28,388 bases of DNA, from positions 1 to 28,388 of the IMG/VR virus record IMGVR_UViG_3300042894_003476; one strand, written 5' to 3'. Under the pieces are notes generated by a model. It had not been told where the DNA came from and searched no databases. It worked only from the letters and a program-made list of their open reading frames with translations. The translations under genes were made by a program, and so were the position numbers. This DNA comes from a virus (Duplodnaviria; Caudoviricetes). Shown piece after piece: positions 27,203-28,388 of this stretch (its first letter is position 1; each line of letters starts with the position of its first letter).

Positions 27203-28045
27203 TTAAGACGAAATGAGATCCGTCAAAGGCTTTTCGCTGACCATCGGAGCGCCACCAAGCTTCATAGGAAGTTCGTTGACAAGCTCCGAAAGCGGAAGGC
27301 CGCCACGAATCAGGTCAGCTTTGCGTTCCCCGCCGCGACCCTCAAAAAGCGCGTCCTGCTCCGCTTTTGTCTTCTGATCGAAGATTTCTTTTCCGGTCGG
27401 GCGACTGATCGAGCCGCGATCACCAACAAGAACCGGCTCTTGGACACAATGGCAGTTAGGGTGGCCCCGGAACGCCTCTTCCGGCTCGTGAACGCGGCCA
27501 TCTGACAACGCAAGGCAAGCCCCGCAAGCTGAAGCGCGAGGAACCCGGATCCAACCCTCGATATAGGGGGAGGCAACCATCAGGTCTTTCATCGCCTCGC
27601 GTCCGGAGTGCGCGATCATCGTCGTAGCGATCCGACGCGCCCTAGCCGAACCAAGCTTCTGAGCAATCGGAACCGCGACGTTCTTCAGGATCCCCAGCTT
27701 GAACGTGTAAACCGCCGGTTCAAGCGCCCTTCTGATCGACCGTCCGAACTGATCAGTCAGCGAATAGTTCGCGGTACTGATCCCCTGCGGCGCAACCCTA
27801 GTCCCCAACTCGTTTGTGACGTACGACGCGAGATACGAGTCAGCAAGAATTGTTTGCTGGGCCTGGAACCCACCAATCGAAGCGGCAGCAAAAATCGCGA
27901 ACCGGTCAAAGCCGCCGTCAATATCCGTCCAGGAAACAAGCTCTTCAAAGCCCGACTCGATCTGCGCCCCGCCTTCCTCGCTGATCAGCCCTGCCCTGTC
28001 GCGGTACTGATCAGTTATGAAAAGCGAAGACTCATTGACCGGCAT
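27203..28045 (-). CDS. minor head/capsid maturation protein (MuF-like)
   Basis: W.RV....CGAC.AL and HPNCHC motifs. Follows the portal. Confidence 0.8.
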   Translation of the reverse strand: MPVNESSLFITDQYRDRAGLISEEGGAQIESGFEELVSWTDIDGGFDRFAIFAAASIGGFQAQQTILADSYLASYVTNELGTRVAPQGISTANYSLTDQFGRSIRRALEPAVYTFKLGILKNVAVPIAQKLGSARARRIATTMIAHSGREAMKDLMVASPYIEGWIRVPRASACGACLALSDGRVHEPEEAFRGHPNCHCVQEPVLVGDRGSISRPTGKEIFDQKTKAEQDALFEGRGGERKADLIRGGLPLSELVNELPMKLGGAPMVSEKPLTDLISS

Positions 28046-28388
28046 CTTCAGGCTGCGTTACATCGAGAGGTAGACCCTGACCGGTATCAAACAAGCCCAT
28101 TTCAAGCGCCTGCTCACGCAACATCGACTTGAAACGGCTGATCTCCTGCGGCGAGTACCCAGCGTCAGCCCAAAGCTGTTCCTGCGGCACCCCAAACGCG
28201 AGTTTCTTCACAAGCGAATCGACGTACTCGCTTTCAGAGCGCGTCTCCGGATTCTTCCACTCCACTTCAGCCATCGGGGAGTTCGCCTTCTCAAAATCAC
28301 CCTCAACCGCGAAAGCAAGCCGCATAGCCTGTTCGATTGCTTCGCCGTAACTGCGCTGCTTGTCTCTGACGCGGTTCGCAAGACCCGA
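28032..28388 (-). CDS. portal protein, C-terminal part (SPP1 gp6-like)
   Basis: Frame open to the window edge: SGLANRVRDKQRSYGEAIEQAMRLA...EVEWKNPETRS..DSLVK..GVP. Confidence 0.85.
   Translation of the reverse strand, partial: SGLANRVRDKQRSYGEAIEQAMRLAFAVEGDFEKANSPMAEVEWKNPETRSESEYVDSLVKKLAFGVPQEQLWADAGYSPQEISRFKSMLREQALEMGLFDTGQGLPLDVTQPEDAGQ

Overview
The whole window is tailed-phage DNA, probably temperate (XRE repressor; no integrase or terminase inside the window). It is GC-rich, and actinophage-like gene types suggest an actinobacterial host (inference). Most genes are on the minus strand. From the right end: portal (partial), minor head protein, scaffold, an inserted ATP-grasp ligase and GT-A glycosyltransferase, major capsid, a tRNA-like structured element, a Thr-rich collagen-like fibre with three accessory proteins and a TPR glycosyltransferase, neck genes, a contractile tail (sheath, tube, chaperone with a -1 frameshift, short tape measure, LysM protein, hub/lysozyme/NlpC fusion, baseplate, fibre), lysis genes, a metallophosphoesterase, a MazG-like protein and RusA. 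The left end has an early recombination operon (Sak4-like ATPase, DUF669-like SSB), a divergent repressor and a four-gene rightward operon behind a consensus promoter. Three things stand out. (1) An unannotated ~135-nt three-hairpin minus-strand RNA (3095-3231) whose hairpins are complementary to the ribosome-binding sites of two other phage genes (20/20 bp with two G:U pairs; 10/10 bp), a candidate multi-target antisense regulator. (2) A candidate virion glycosylation/acylation system (ATP-grasp, two glycosyltransferases, GXT collagen, C-terminal Ser on capsid and tube). (3) A tRNA mimic right after the capsid gene. All family calls come from motif recognition by eye, not database searches.
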